Source: Chitinophaga pinensis
GTDB taxonomy: Bacteria > Bacteroidota > Bacteroidia > UKL13-3
Direction: 5' to 3'
DNA: 64,000 bases
Assembly (NCBI GenBank): GCA_945860865.1
Contig: CAMARW010000005.1
Span: forward strand, 4,364-68,363
Below, in pieces: positions 29,100-38,706 of this stretch. A program made the translations under genes and the position numbers. Every line of letters begins with the position of its first letter. Within the stretch, counting starts at the first letter, position 1. The notes beneath the pieces were generated by a model. The model saw nothing but the letters and a program-made list of their open reading frames with translations, did not search any database and was not told the origin of the DNA.

Positions 29100-30446
29100 T
29101 TAAAAATCCAAATCCATGCCATCAAAAGTGCCGCTGCTCATAAGCAATAGGTTTTCTTGACCAGAATAGTGCGATACAATAAATGCACGTAATTCGTTTT
29201 TGTCTGTAAATACCTGCACGTTTTCGCCAAAGCCATTGGCAACATCTTCCTTGCTAAGCATAGGCATCTTTTTGATTTCTAGGGCATGTTTGCTAAACAA
29301 AACGGCCCGCACATCTGCCTGGCCCAAGGTGTTTTTATAGTGTGGTAAAAAGTCTTTATTTAAACTGCTATAGGTATGCAATTCATAAATGGCAATGAGT
29401 TTACGATTTGGGTATAACTCGCGCACGGCATTTACGGTTGCTTTAAGCTTAGAAGGGGCATGGGCAAAGTCGCGGAAGATAATACTATCATTATTTTCCT
29501 TTATGGTTTCTAACCTTTTGGCTGTGCCTGTAAACGATTGAATAGCCTCGAAAAATTGCGTTTGGTTCAGGCCAACTTTTAGGCAAGCATGCATGGCGGC
29601 CATCATGTTTTGTAGGTTGTGCGAACCAAAAAACGATAGGGTAGTAGCTTGAGATAATTGGGTAACTTCGCTGTTTAAAATGAACTTGCCATTATGTACT
29701 TCGAAGGCAGGCGTTTGGTAGGCAATTTTATCGCAAGCAGTTTCGGTTTGATCCAAAAGTTTTTTCACCTCTGGGTCTGATTCACAATAGATGATTGCGC
29801 CAGTTTCTGGAATGTCTTGCACAAATTTTTTGAATTGCCATAAGTAATTTTCAAAAGTTGGAAACACATTAATATGATCCCAGGCTATACCGGTTATAAT
29901 GCCAATATCTGCTTGGTAAACATGAAATTTCGGACGTAAATCTAGGGCAGAAGTGAGGTATTCATCTCCTTCAAAAACCGCAATTTTGGAAGTATGGCTG
30001 AACCCAACCATCGTTTCGAACCCAGCTAGTTGGGAGCCTACCAAATAATCAAACTCGTAATTGTGGTGTTTAAGCACATGCAATATCATTGCAGTGGTGC
30101 TGGTTTTACCATGACTACCACCTACCACAATTCTTAATTTATCTTTGGTTTGTTCGTACATATATTCTGGGAAAGAATATATTTTTAGTCCCAATTCTTG
30201 CGCGCGGGCAATCTCTGGATTGTCTTTACGCGCATGCATACCTAAGATAATGGCATCTATGTCTGGTGTTATAAGTTCGGGTTGCCAACCAAATGTATGG
30301 GGTAGCAAACCATAGCTTTTTAAACGAGACAAAGCTGGTTCATAAATTTCATCATCGGTACCTGTTACTTGATAACCTTTTTTGTGTAAAGCAATGGCCA
30401 TATTGTGCATTACCGCACCGCCAATAGATATAAAATGTACGCGCAC
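29100..30446 (-). CDS. mpl: Mur ligase, Mpl-like (murein peptide ligase)
   Basis: HFISIGGAVMHNMA, GSHGKTSTT, FEGDEY, WDHINVF, DFAHAP. Confidence 0.8.
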   Translation of the reverse strand: MRVHFISIGGAVMHNMAIALHKKGYQVTGTDDEIYEPALSRLKSYGLLPHTFGWQPELITPDIDAIILGMHARKDNPEIARAQELGLKIYSFPEYMYEQTKDKLRIVVGGSHGKTSTTAMILHVLKHHNYEFDYLVGSQLAGFETMVGFSHTSKIAVFEGDEYLTSALDLRPKFHVYQADIGIITGIAWDHINVFPTFENYLWQFKKFVQDIPETGAIIYCESDPEVKKLLDQTETACDKIAYQTPAFEVHNGKFILNSEVTQLSQATTLSFFGSHNLQNMMAAMHACLKVGLNQTQFFEAIQSFTGTAKRLETIKENNDSIIFRDFAHAPSKLKATVNAVRELYPNRKLIAIYELHTYSSLNKDFLPHYKNTLGQADVRAVLFSKHALEIKKMPMLSKEDVANGFGENVQVFTDKNELRAFIVSHYSGQENLLLMSSGTFDGMDLDF

Positions 30447-30452
30447 TTTTAT

Positions 30453-30875
30453 TTATTTTAATTTAAATGAGATTGGTAGGGTAAAAACAACATTCACAGG
30501 TTTGCCCATTTGTTTTCCGGGCAACCAATTAGGCATTAAACTTAATACACGAACAACTTCCTCTGCAAATTCGGGTTCAACTTTGTTTACAATTTGAATA
30601 TTTTCTATACCACCTTCTTTGTTGATGATAAATTTAGAGATAACCCTTGCCTCAATTTTATCTTTTTTTAAGTTTTTTGGATACTTAACTTCCTTCGAAA
30701 CAAATCGATACAAGGCCTCTGTACCTCCCGGAAATTCGGGCATGGTTTCAGTAAAGGTAAGCACTACATCATTATCTCTGGTTTCAGATGGCTTTGATAA
30801 GCTATCATCTGTTTTATTTTGGGCAAAAACAAAAACTGGAAAGCTTAAAAATATCAGTAGTATTAAATTCTTCAT
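30453..30875 (-). CDS. Stand-alone TonB C-terminal domain protein
   Basis: Signal peptide, MPEFPGG..L, YP, WLPGKQMGKPV..FTLPISF. Confidence 0.88.
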   Translation of the reverse strand: MKNLILLIFLSFPVFVFAQNKTDDSLSKPSETRDNDVVLTFTETMPEFPGGTEALYRFVSKEVKYPKNLKKDKIEARVISKFIINKEGGIENIQIVNKVEPEFAEEVVRVLSLMPNWLPGKQMGKPVNVVFTLPISFKLK

Positions 30876-30989
30876 GGGTATGAATTAAAATACGAATTAA
30901 CAAATATTTTAAGAAGATATATGCATTGGTAAAAAGCTTTTTTGTCAAATTAATTCTTTTCAGGGTGTAAAATTTACTATTCTTGTTTC

Positions 30990-31820
30990 ATGGAATTATA
31001 TACAATAGAAACGGGTAATTTTAAGTTAGATGGTGGCGCCATGTTTGGTGTTGTGCCTAAAAGTATATGGAACAAGTTAAATCCAGCAGATGAAAACAAC
31101 ATGATCAGTATGGCTATGCGTTGTTTGTTGGTTCAAGACGGAAACAGATTAATCTTAATAGATAATGGCATGGGGTCAAAACAAGATGCCAAGTTTTTTG
31201 GGTATTATTATTTGTATGGCGATTTTTCTTTAGATGCTTCCTTGGCCAAACATGGTTTTAGCAGAAACGATATTACCGATATGGTATTAACACACTTGCA
31301 TTTTGATCATTGTGGTGGCAGTATTCAATACAATGCAGATAGAACTAAGCTTGAAACCGCTTTTCCAAACGCTACGTATTGGGTAGCAGAAGAGCATTGG
31401 AATGAGGCGTTGAACCCAAATCCACGGGAAAAAGCGAGCTTTTTAAAAGAGAATATTTTGCCCATTCAAGAAAGTGGTCAGCTGCAACTTTTGCAGGCAG
31501 GCCAACAATTTCATAAGGATATAGACCTGTTGTTTTCTGCAGGACATACCCAACACATGATGCTTCCATTGATACCCTATAAAGGAACAAAATTGTTGTA
31601 TATGGCCGATTTAATTCCAACACAAGCCCATATGCCAATCTCTTATGTTATGGGCTATGATGTTCGCCCGCTAGATGCCATGAAAGAAAAAGCAGATGTG
31701 TTAAATATGGCACTTGAAAATAACTGGATTTTGTATTTTGAACACGATCCATTTAATATGGCTTGCACCGTGCAACAAACCGAAAAAGGGATAAAGGTAT
31801 TAGAACAAGTTTTAATTTAA
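30990..31820 (+). CDS. MBL-fold metallo-hydrolase (YtnP-like)
   Basis: LDGGAMFGVVPK, THLHFDHCGG, GHT, ADL, MGYD, FEHD. Confidence 0.92.
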   Translation: MELYTIETGNFKLDGGAMFGVVPKSIWNKLNPADENNMISMAMRCLLVQDGNRLILIDNGMGSKQDAKFFGYYYLYGDFSLDASLAKHGFSRNDITDMVLTHLHFDHCGGSIQYNADRTKLETAFPNATYWVAEEHWNEALNPNPREKASFLKENILPIQESGQLQLLQAGQQFHKDIDLLFSAGHTQHMMLPLIPYKGTKLLYMADLIPTQAHMPISYVMGYDVRPLDAMKEKADVLNMALENNWILYFEHDPFNMACTVQQTEKGIKVLEQVLI

Positions 31821-31847
31821 ACTTAACACCCAAAACTTAAAACTCAA
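31820..31847. repeat. Heptamer tandem repeat (AACTTAA family x4)
   Basis: AACTTAA CACCCAA AACTTAA AACTCAA between convergent genes. Confidence 0.65.
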
Positions 31848-31850
31848 TCC

Positions 31851-34649
31851 CTATCTCCCTCCAACTTCATCTATAAAAATAAAGGCTTCTTCGCCGGCGC
31901 TAATATGCCATGCAGGCAATTTGCCAAAGTTGGTGGCTTTTACTTTTATATACCTTACTTGGATTTTATTCGCTAATTTTTTCTCTAATTTTAAAATGAT
32001 ATTTTCTTGCGTTTCCTCTGGTGTTTGGTGACTAATATCTGCTAAGCGTTCATAGTTTTTGCCATCTACAGAGGCCCAAAATTCTACCGTCTTTGGCATC
32101 ATAATCCATGAGCGTTGGTCTTGCAAGAAATTAGCATAAACATAAGTGATATCTGTACTCTTTTTTAAGTCGATTATAGCCTCAAAGTTGCAGCCTTGGT
32201 ATCCTTGCCAAGCGCCCTTTCGCCAATCTTTTTCGCCATAAATGCCATCTATTAAACCCTCCGCTCCGCCAGCCGTATATTGCCTATTGTACTTTTGTTG
32301 TAAGCTAATTTCCCAGTTATTGCTGCGTTTATAGAATTTTGCCTCGCTTTCTAGGTTTCTTTTTTCTCCCTGCCAGTTTTTTGTTGAAAGGGCCTTAATG
32401 GTTGCACTGTTTTTTATGTAAAAGGCTTGGCTATAGATTCTGTAATTGGGTTCTGTGGCCGAATCTTTATTTATGATGGCATAGTAAATCTCTGCTTGGT
32501 GTAAATCAAAATTGGGACTAATTTCAATTTTTAAACTATCTGTAAAAGTGTTGCTGCTGCTCCAGATTATGGGTGCATTTAACAAAGCTCCGGCTTTATA
32601 ATCGGAGGCAACACTTGGGTTTAAACCAACAAATTTCTGACTTCTTACAGCGCGGTTGTTGCTGCTATCTGCTAAGGTAAAATCTTCAAATAAAGAATAG
32701 CCTTCCTGGTATTCGTTTATGCCCGGCGTAACAGGGTAAAAACCCAATGCACTTAACACATACCAAGCACTCATTTGTCCGCAATCTTCATTGCCCGATA
32801 AGCCATCTGGCGCATTTTGGTACATTTCATTTAAAATCTGTTTTACACGTTGTTTGGTTTTTTCTGGCTTGCCCACGTAGTTGTATAAGTAGGCCATGTG
32901 GTGACTAGGTTCATTTCCATGTGCGTATTGACCAATTAATCCGGTTATATCTGCTTGTGTTCGACCAGTAGTTTTGGTATCGGCGCTAAAAAGTGCATCT
33001 AATTTTTGTTCAAAGGCAGCTTTGCCTCCCATAGCAGTAATTAATCCTAAAATATCTTGGGGCACAAAGAATGAGTATTGCCAAGCATTGGCTTCTGTGT
33101 AATTGTTGTTCACTTCGCGTGGGTCGAAAGGCTCATACCAAGCCCCATTTTTTCTAGGTTGCATAAAGCCCGTTTTGGGGTTGTAAACCTGCTGCCATAC
33201 GGGCAATGTTTGGTGATTTTGTGGCAAAACGCCAGCCTGTTTTTTAATTTGCTCTACACACCATTGGTTGTAAGCATATTCAAGCGATTTGCTTAAACTT
33301 TCGCTTTCATCTTCAACCGTTAAATAGCCTTTTCTTTCAAATTCTTGTGCCCCATACGCGTGGTTTTTAGCTGTTCCTATGGCTGCTTCTAAAGCTAGGT
33401 TCAGGTCAAATTGATTGTTTCCTTTGGCCAAGGCATCGGCAATAACGCTAACAGAATGGTATCCAATCATGCAATCGGTTTCGTTGCTAGCAAGCTCCCA
33501 CATGGGCATTCTTCCAACCTGTTTATATTGGGCTAAAAATGTTTTTATAAAATCAATATTTCTTTCGGCCTGAACCAAATTAAATAGGGGATGCAGGGCT
33601 CTGAACGTGTCCCATAAACTAAATACTGAATAATAAGTAAAGCTGGAATCTTGGTAAATTTTATGGTCCCTTCCGCGGTACCTGCCATCCACATCGCTAG
33701 CGGTAGAAGGATGGATGAAACAATGATACAAGGCCGTATAAAATATTTCTCTCTCGGTTTTTGTTCCTCCTTTAACCTTAATTTTAGATAATTCTTTTTG
33801 CCAAAAATCATCCGCTTCTTGCTGTGTTTTATTAAAATCCCAATGTGGAATTTCGGATTGCAAATTTCGTTTAGCACCGGCTTCATCTACAGAGCTTATG
33901 CCTACTTTAACATTAATTTTTTCTCCCTTTTTTGTGTTAAAAGTAAAATAAGTTATGCTGGCATTTTTGCCGCTTGCGGCATTGTTAGCCAGACTAGTAA
34001 ATTCTTTGGAGAATTCAATGTAAAAATACACATGCTGGTCTTTTGCCCAAGCCTCGCTGCGCCTAAATCCGCTTATTGTTTTTTTATCAATAATGTTAAT
34101 TTTTCCTTCCAATAATTTATCTCTGTGCAGTAAATCCAACACAATTTGATGCGCACCATTTTTAGAAAAAGTATACTGATGAAAGGCCGCCCTTGTGGTG
34201 GCAGTTATTGTAGCCTGAATATTATGTCGTAATAATTTAACCTCATAAAATCCCGGCTTTGCAGATTCGCTTGCATGGCTAAATTTGGAGGCGTAATCTT
34301 TATGGGTAAAACTTGGTTTTTGAATTTGGGTAGGCATCAACAAAATATCTCCATAATCGCTCACACCTGTTCCACTCAAATGTGTATGGCTGAACCCAAA
34401 AATGATGGAATCTGAATAATGGTAACCGCTGCAACCATCCCAACTGCCATCTACACGCGTATCTGGACTAACCTGCACCATACCAAATGGCACCACCGCC
34501 CCCGGAAATGTATGTCCGTGCCCACCTGATCCCACAAATGGATTTACCAACGCAGTATAGTTGGTTTGAGCCCGCAATGTATGGCTATGAAAACCCCAAA
34601 AAATAAATACTAAATAAATAATTGTGAATCGACCCGTATTTTTTTGCAT
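31851..34649 (-). CDS. GH92 alpha-1,2-mannosidase with C-terminal Fn3-like and F5/8-type domains
   Basis: GHTFPGA..PFGMVQVSPDT, FSHTHLSGTG, SLWDTFRA, GQYAHGNEPSHH, GNEDCGQMSAWY; start at ATG 34649 (track extension is REP sequence). Confidence 0.93.
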   Translation of the reverse strand: MQKNTGRFTIIYLVFIFWGFHSHTLRAQTNYTALVNPFVGSGGHGHTFPGAVVPFGMVQVSPDTRVDGSWDGCSGYHYSDSIIFGFSHTHLSGTGVSDYGDILLMPTQIQKPSFTHKDYASKFSHASESAKPGFYEVKLLRHNIQATITATTRAAFHQYTFSKNGAHQIVLDLLHRDKLLEGKINIIDKKTISGFRRSEAWAKDQHVYFYIEFSKEFTSLANNAASGKNASITYFTFNTKKGEKINVKVGISSVDEAGAKRNLQSEIPHWDFNKTQQEADDFWQKELSKIKVKGGTKTEREIFYTALYHCFIHPSTASDVDGRYRGRDHKIYQDSSFTYYSVFSLWDTFRALHPLFNLVQAERNIDFIKTFLAQYKQVGRMPMWELASNETDCMIGYHSVSVIADALAKGNNQFDLNLALEAAIGTAKNHAYGAQEFERKGYLTVEDESESLSKSLEYAYNQWCVEQIKKQAGVLPQNHQTLPVWQQVYNPKTGFMQPRKNGAWYEPFDPREVNNNYTEANAWQYSFFVPQDILGLITAMGGKAAFEQKLDALFSADTKTTGRTQADITGLIGQYAHGNEPSHHMAYLYNYVGKPEKTKQRVKQILNEMYQNAPDGLSGNEDCGQMSAWYVLSALGFYPVTPGINEYQEGYSLFEDFTLADSSNNRAVRSQKFVGLNPSVASDYKAGALLNAPIIWSSSNTFTDSLKIEISPNFDLHQAEIYYAIINKDSATEPNYRIYSQAFYIKNSATIKALSTKNWQGEKRNLESEAKFYKRSNNWEISLQQKYNRQYTAGGAEGLIDGIYGEKDWRKGAWQGYQGCNFEAIIDLKKSTDITYVYANFLQDQRSWIMMPKTVEFWASVDGKNYERLADISHQTPEETQENIILKLEKKLANKIQVRYIKVKATNFGKLPAWHISAGEEAFIFIDEVGGR

Positions 34650-34680
34650 TGCCGAATATAGCAAAAATTTGAAATGTGCC

Positions 34681-34777
34681 GTCGGGGCGGAATATTTTCC
34701 GCCCGCAAACCCCACAAATTGCACAAACCGCATGCAAATCATATGCATCATCGGGGCGGAAAATATTCCGCCCCTAC
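34681..34777. repeat. REP-like inverted doublet (GTAG-type palindromes)
   Basis: GTCGGGGCGGAATATTTTCCGCCC (34681-34704, +) and GTAGGGGCGGAATATTTTCCGCCC (34777-34754, -), 23/24 identical, each internally palindromic. Confidence 0.88.
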
Positions 34778-36330
34778 GATGGTTTCGTTTCCATTACCAC
34801 AAATGGCACAATCATTTCTTCCAAACTTATGCCGCCATGTTGAAACGAATTATTATACATTTTAACATGGTAATTATAGTTGTTTGGGTAGGCCATAAAG
34901 TCTTCGCCCATCGCAAAAACGTAGCTGCTGCTCATATTTTGTTTGGGTAAAAATGCATCAGCCGGATTTTTTACCGAGAACAATTCTTTTTCGTTATAAC
35001 TTAGGTTTCTGCCTTGCTTATACCTTAAATTGGTGCTCGTACTTCTGTCGCCCACAATTTTAACGGGATTATTAACACGTATAGAACCGTGGTCGGTTGT
35101 AATTACAATGCGGGCTTTTTTAGAAGCAATTTTTTTAATAGCTTCATACAAGGGAGAGTGCTCAAACCATGAGGCAGTAATGCTTCTATAGGCCGCTTCG
35201 TTTTCAGCTAGTTCCTTCATTACATTCATTTCGGTTCGGGCATGAGATAGCATATCTACAAAATTATAAACTATTACATTCAACTTATTGTGCCACATGT
35301 TGGGAACGGCATCTACCAAATCTTTGCCTGCATTAAGGTTAGTAATTTTGGTGTAAGAAAATTTATCTTTTATGCCTGCCCGCAATAATTGCCTGCCTAA
35401 AAGGTCTTCTTCATGTATATTTTTACCTTCCTCATCCTCCTCATTTACCCATAGATTGGGATATAATTTTTCAATTTCTAAAGGTAGCATGCCGGCAAAA
35501 AAACTATTACGTGCGTAGTGGGTGGTTGTAGGTAAAATGGTCATATAGGTTTCTTCCTGAACCAAATTAAACAACTCATTCAAGGTGTTTTGTACCACCT
35601 TCCATTGGTCGAACCTAAAGTTGTCTATCAATATTAAAAAGGTAGGTGTTTCATCTTTTAACAGCGGTATAAGTTTTTTGTTAACCACGGTATGGCTCAT
35701 TACAGGCGTTTGGGCATCAGGTCTTTTGAGGAAATTAATGAAATTATCTTTTACAAACTTACTCCAGCCATTGTTGGCATCTCTCTTTTGCATGGCTAAA
35801 ATTTCATCCATGCCAGTTTCGCCACTTTTGGCCAATTCTAGTTCCCAGTAAATAAGTTTACGATACATGGTAGACCAACCCTCAAAACTATTAACATCAG
35901 ATAAATCCATGCTTAGTTGTCTAAATTCTTGCTGGTAATTTTGGGCTGTTTTTTCGGTAACCAATTGCTTACCGTCTAAAATACGTTTTAGCGAAAGTAA
36001 AATTTGGTTGCTATTTACGGGTTTTATTAAATAATCGGCAATTTGATTACCAATAGCATCCTCCATAATATGCTCTTCTTCGCTTTTAGTAATCATTACA
36101 ACAGGCACTTCTGGCCTAATTAGTTTAATTTGAAGGAGGGTTTCAATGCCTGAAATACCAGGCATGTTTTCGTCTAAAAAAATTACATCATATTTATTAG
36201 TTCTAACTTTTTCAAGTGCATCTACACCATTAGTTGCTTTATCTACCGTGTAGCCTTTATTAGTTAAAAATAAAATATGTGGTTTTAGTAAATCAATTTC
36301 ATCATCTGTCCAAAGAATATTAACAGTCAT
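34774..36330 (-). CDS. porX: PorX-type response regulator (receiver + PglZ domain)
   Basis: ILWTDDEIDLLKPHI, LDENMPG, LPTTTHYARN, TTDHG, FQHGGISLEEM. Confidence 0.92.
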   Translation of the reverse strand: MTVNILWTDDEIDLLKPHILFLTNKGYTVDKATNGVDALEKVRTNKYDVIFLDENMPGISGIETLLQIKLIRPEVPVVMITKSEEEHIMEDAIGNQIADYLIKPVNSNQILLSLKRILDGKQLVTEKTAQNYQQEFRQLSMDLSDVNSFEGWSTMYRKLIYWELELAKSGETGMDEILAMQKRDANNGWSKFVKDNFINFLKRPDAQTPVMSHTVVNKKLIPLLKDETPTFLILIDNFRFDQWKVVQNTLNELFNLVQEETYMTILPTTTHYARNSFFAGMLPLEIEKLYPNLWVNEEDEEGKNIHEEDLLGRQLLRAGIKDKFSYTKITNLNAGKDLVDAVPNMWHNKLNVIVYNFVDMLSHARTEMNVMKELAENEAAYRSITASWFEHSPLYEAIKKIASKKARIVITTDHGSIRVNNPVKIVGDRSTSTNLRYKQGRNLSYNEKELFSVKNPADAFLPKQNMSSSYVFAMGEDFMAYPNNYNYHVKMYNNSFQHGGISLEEMIVPFVVMETKPS

Positions 36331-36385
36331 ATTATGTATGGTTTAATTAGTAGGTAATGTATTCAAAAATGATGCCTTCAATGCA

Positions 36386-36393
36386 TATCTTTG
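36386..36393 (+). promoter_or_regulatory. -7 promoter box (TATCTTTG)
   Basis: Exact TAnnTTTG followed by CG upstream of HD gene. Confidence 0.65.
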
Positions 36394-36423
36394 CGAAGTA
36401 ACGTAAAATATAACGAATACATT

Positions 36424-37659
36424 GTGACAAGTAACAAACTTAAAAATTTTAACGACCCTGTTTACGGATTTGTTAGTATTCCGTGCAATTTGGTTTATGA
36501 TATAATTGCGCATCCTTTTTTTCAACGTTTACGCAGAATCAAGCAGTTAGGGCTTTCTAATTACGTTTATCCTGGAGCGCAGCATACGCGTTTTCAGCAT
36601 GTTATTGGCGCTATGAGTTTAACTCAAGATGCGGTTGGTACGCTCAAACAAAAAGGTATAATTATTTCTGTGGCAGAAGAAGAGGCTGTTTTTGCTGCCA
36701 TTTTGTTACATGATATCGGACATGGTCCGTTTTCTCACACTTTAGAAAATGTGTTAATTGCCGATTTGCCGCATGAAAAACTTTCGCTGCACCTTATGCA
36801 ATTAATGAACTTTGATTTGGGAGGAAAGCTAGATTTAGCCATTCAAATTTTTACCAATCAATACCATAGAAAGTTTTTGCACCAGTTAGTAAGTAGTCAG
36901 CTCGACATGGATAGGTTAGATTACTTGCGCCGAGATAGTTTTTTTAGTGGTGTTCAAGAAGGTGTAGTTGGGCAAGATAGAATTATAAAAATGCTCAATG
37001 TAGCCGATGATGAGCTGGTGGTTGACGAAAAAGGAATATACAGTATTGAAAAGTTTTTGATTGCTCGCCGGTTAATGTATTGGCAGGTTTACCTGCACAA
37101 AACGGTGGTAGCTGCCGAGTCTGTTCTAATTAAAACCATGCAAAGAGCTTTTGAACTTATAGGTTCAGGACAAAATTTATTTGCAGCACCCGCTTTAGCG
37201 TATTTTTTACAAAATAGAATGCGTGGTGAGGCGTTTTTAAATACACCCGAAGCCATTTTGCAATATACCTTGCTAGATGATGATGATATAATGAGTGCCA
37301 TCAAAGTTTGGAGCAAACACCCAGACCCAGTTTTAAGTCGATTAGCCACAATTTTAAAAGACAGGTTACTGCCTAAGGTAGTTTTAAATAATGAACCTTT
37401 TGGCTTGAACCAAATACAAGAATTAAAACAAAAAGTATCTGCCATGTATGGGATAAGTTTGGCAGACACTGATTATTTTGTGTATACAGATTCTGTTAAA
37501 AACAGGGCTTACAACCTAGAAAACTTTAATATCAAGATTTTATTTAAAGATGGCAGTTTAAAAGACATTACCCTTGCCTCTGATCAATACAATATTGAAG
37601 CCCTAACCAAATCGGTAACTAAATATTATTTATGTTATCCCAAAAACTTGGGCGAATAG
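36424..37659 (+). CDS. HD-domain phosphohydrolase (dNTPase-like)
   Basis: NDPVYG, FQRLRRIKQLG, HTRFQH, LLHDIGHGPFSH, DMDRLDYL; GTG 36424 downstream of promoter. Confidence 0.92.
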   Translation: MTSNKLKNFNDPVYGFVSIPCNLVYDIIAHPFFQRLRRIKQLGLSNYVYPGAQHTRFQHVIGAMSLTQDAVGTLKQKGIIISVAEEEAVFAAILLHDIGHGPFSHTLENVLIADLPHEKLSLHLMQLMNFDLGGKLDLAIQIFTNQYHRKFLHQLVSSQLDMDRLDYLRRDSFFSGVQEGVVGQDRIIKMLNVADDELVVDEKGIYSIEKFLIARRLMYWQVYLHKTVVAAESVLIKTMQRAFELIGSGQNLFAAPALAYFLQNRMRGEAFLNTPEAILQYTLLDDDDIMSAIKVWSKHPDPVLSRLATILKDRLLPKVVLNNEPFGLNQIQELKQKVSAMYGISLADTDYFVYTDSVKNRAYNLENFNIKILFKDGSLKDITLASDQYNIEALTKSVTKYYLCYPKNLGE

Positions 37660-37796
37660 TGATAGATTTTGCCAAATAATAGTTGAAAAATAAAACTTTA
37701 CACAATCTCATTTTCTCATTAAAATATTTGTTTTTAGTGAAACAATTTGTTGTTTTTTTGTGTTAAAATTCAAAATATTTTAAGGCACACTTCAGT

Positions 37797-38570
37797 ATGA
37801 ACCCAAGAATAGAAAAAATTAATCTTGCCATTGCGCCGCTCAAAGAGCAAATTATAAACCACAAACTTTATGGCCAAATAAATTGCTTGGAAGACGTCCA
37901 TGTTTTTATGCAATTCCATGTTTATGCCGTTTGGGATTTTATGTCGTTGCTTAAATCTTTGCAAAATGGATTAACCTGCACAAGTATTCCTTGGGTACCA
38001 GTTGGGTCGGCAGATTCACGTTTTCTTATCAATGAAATTGTTGTTGGAGAAGAGTCTGATGTTGATATGCAAGGTAACAGAACCAGCCATTTTGAATTAT
38101 ATTTGAGTGGCATGGCGCAATGCGAAGCCAATACCCAACCAATCAATAATTTCTTGCAAAAGTTAAAGTTTACAGGCAGTTTAGATTTAGCATTATATCA
38201 ATCTGTAATCCCAACGGAAGCTTTTGATTTTATTAACTTCACTTTTAATACCATTCACCGCGGTAAATTCCACGAGCAAGCAGCAGTGTTTACTTTTGGT
38301 AGAGAAGATTTAATACCTGGGATGTTCCACTCCTTGGTATCCGATTTACATAAAAAATTCCCAGAAAAAATTGACACGTTCAAATATTACCTAGACAGAC
38401 ACATAGAGGTAGATGGTGATCACCATAGTATTTTAGCCATGCAAATGGTTGAAAATTTATGTGGAGATGATGAACAAAAATGGGAAGAGGCAGAATTAGC
38501 CAGTATTGCATCATTGCAACAAAGGATTAAACTTTGGGATGGCGTTCTAGCTAGCTTAGCTAAAGGTTAA
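37797..38570 (+). CDS. DUF3050 heme-oxygenase-like (putative diiron) protein
   Basis: HVYAVWDFMSLLK, NEIVVGEESD, SHFELY, FGREDLIP, RHIEVDGDHH. Confidence 0.88.
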   Translation: MNPRIEKINLAIAPLKEQIINHKLYGQINCLEDVHVFMQFHVYAVWDFMSLLKSLQNGLTCTSIPWVPVGSADSRFLINEIVVGEESDVDMQGNRTSHFELYLSGMAQCEANTQPINNFLQKLKFTGSLDLALYQSVIPTEAFDFINFTFNTIHRGKFHEQAAVFTFGREDLIPGMFHSLVSDLHKKFPEKIDTFKYYLDRHIEVDGDHHSILAMQMVENLCGDDEQKWEEAELASIASLQQRIKLWDGVLASLAKG

Positions 38571-38706
38571 AAAGAGTAATTATTATCTAAAGCAGTTTTT
38601 TATTAATTTTCTTTCATTCTATTCATTCTGTTGAAGCTAGAAAGGTAGAAGATCCGTGTTTTTTTATTTATTATTGCCTCTAGATAAATAAAGAAATTAC
38701 CTTACT

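Noticed and set aside
29641..29675. Possible repeat-derived insert in mpl (SEVTQLSQATT)
   Set aside because: Periodicity irregular and too degenerate to support
34650..34950. N-terminal extension of GH92 and short plus-strand ORFs (34624-34950, 34674-34865)
   Set aside because: They are translations of the REP doublet or antisense to porX (repeated GGKYSAPT / GAE..PP)
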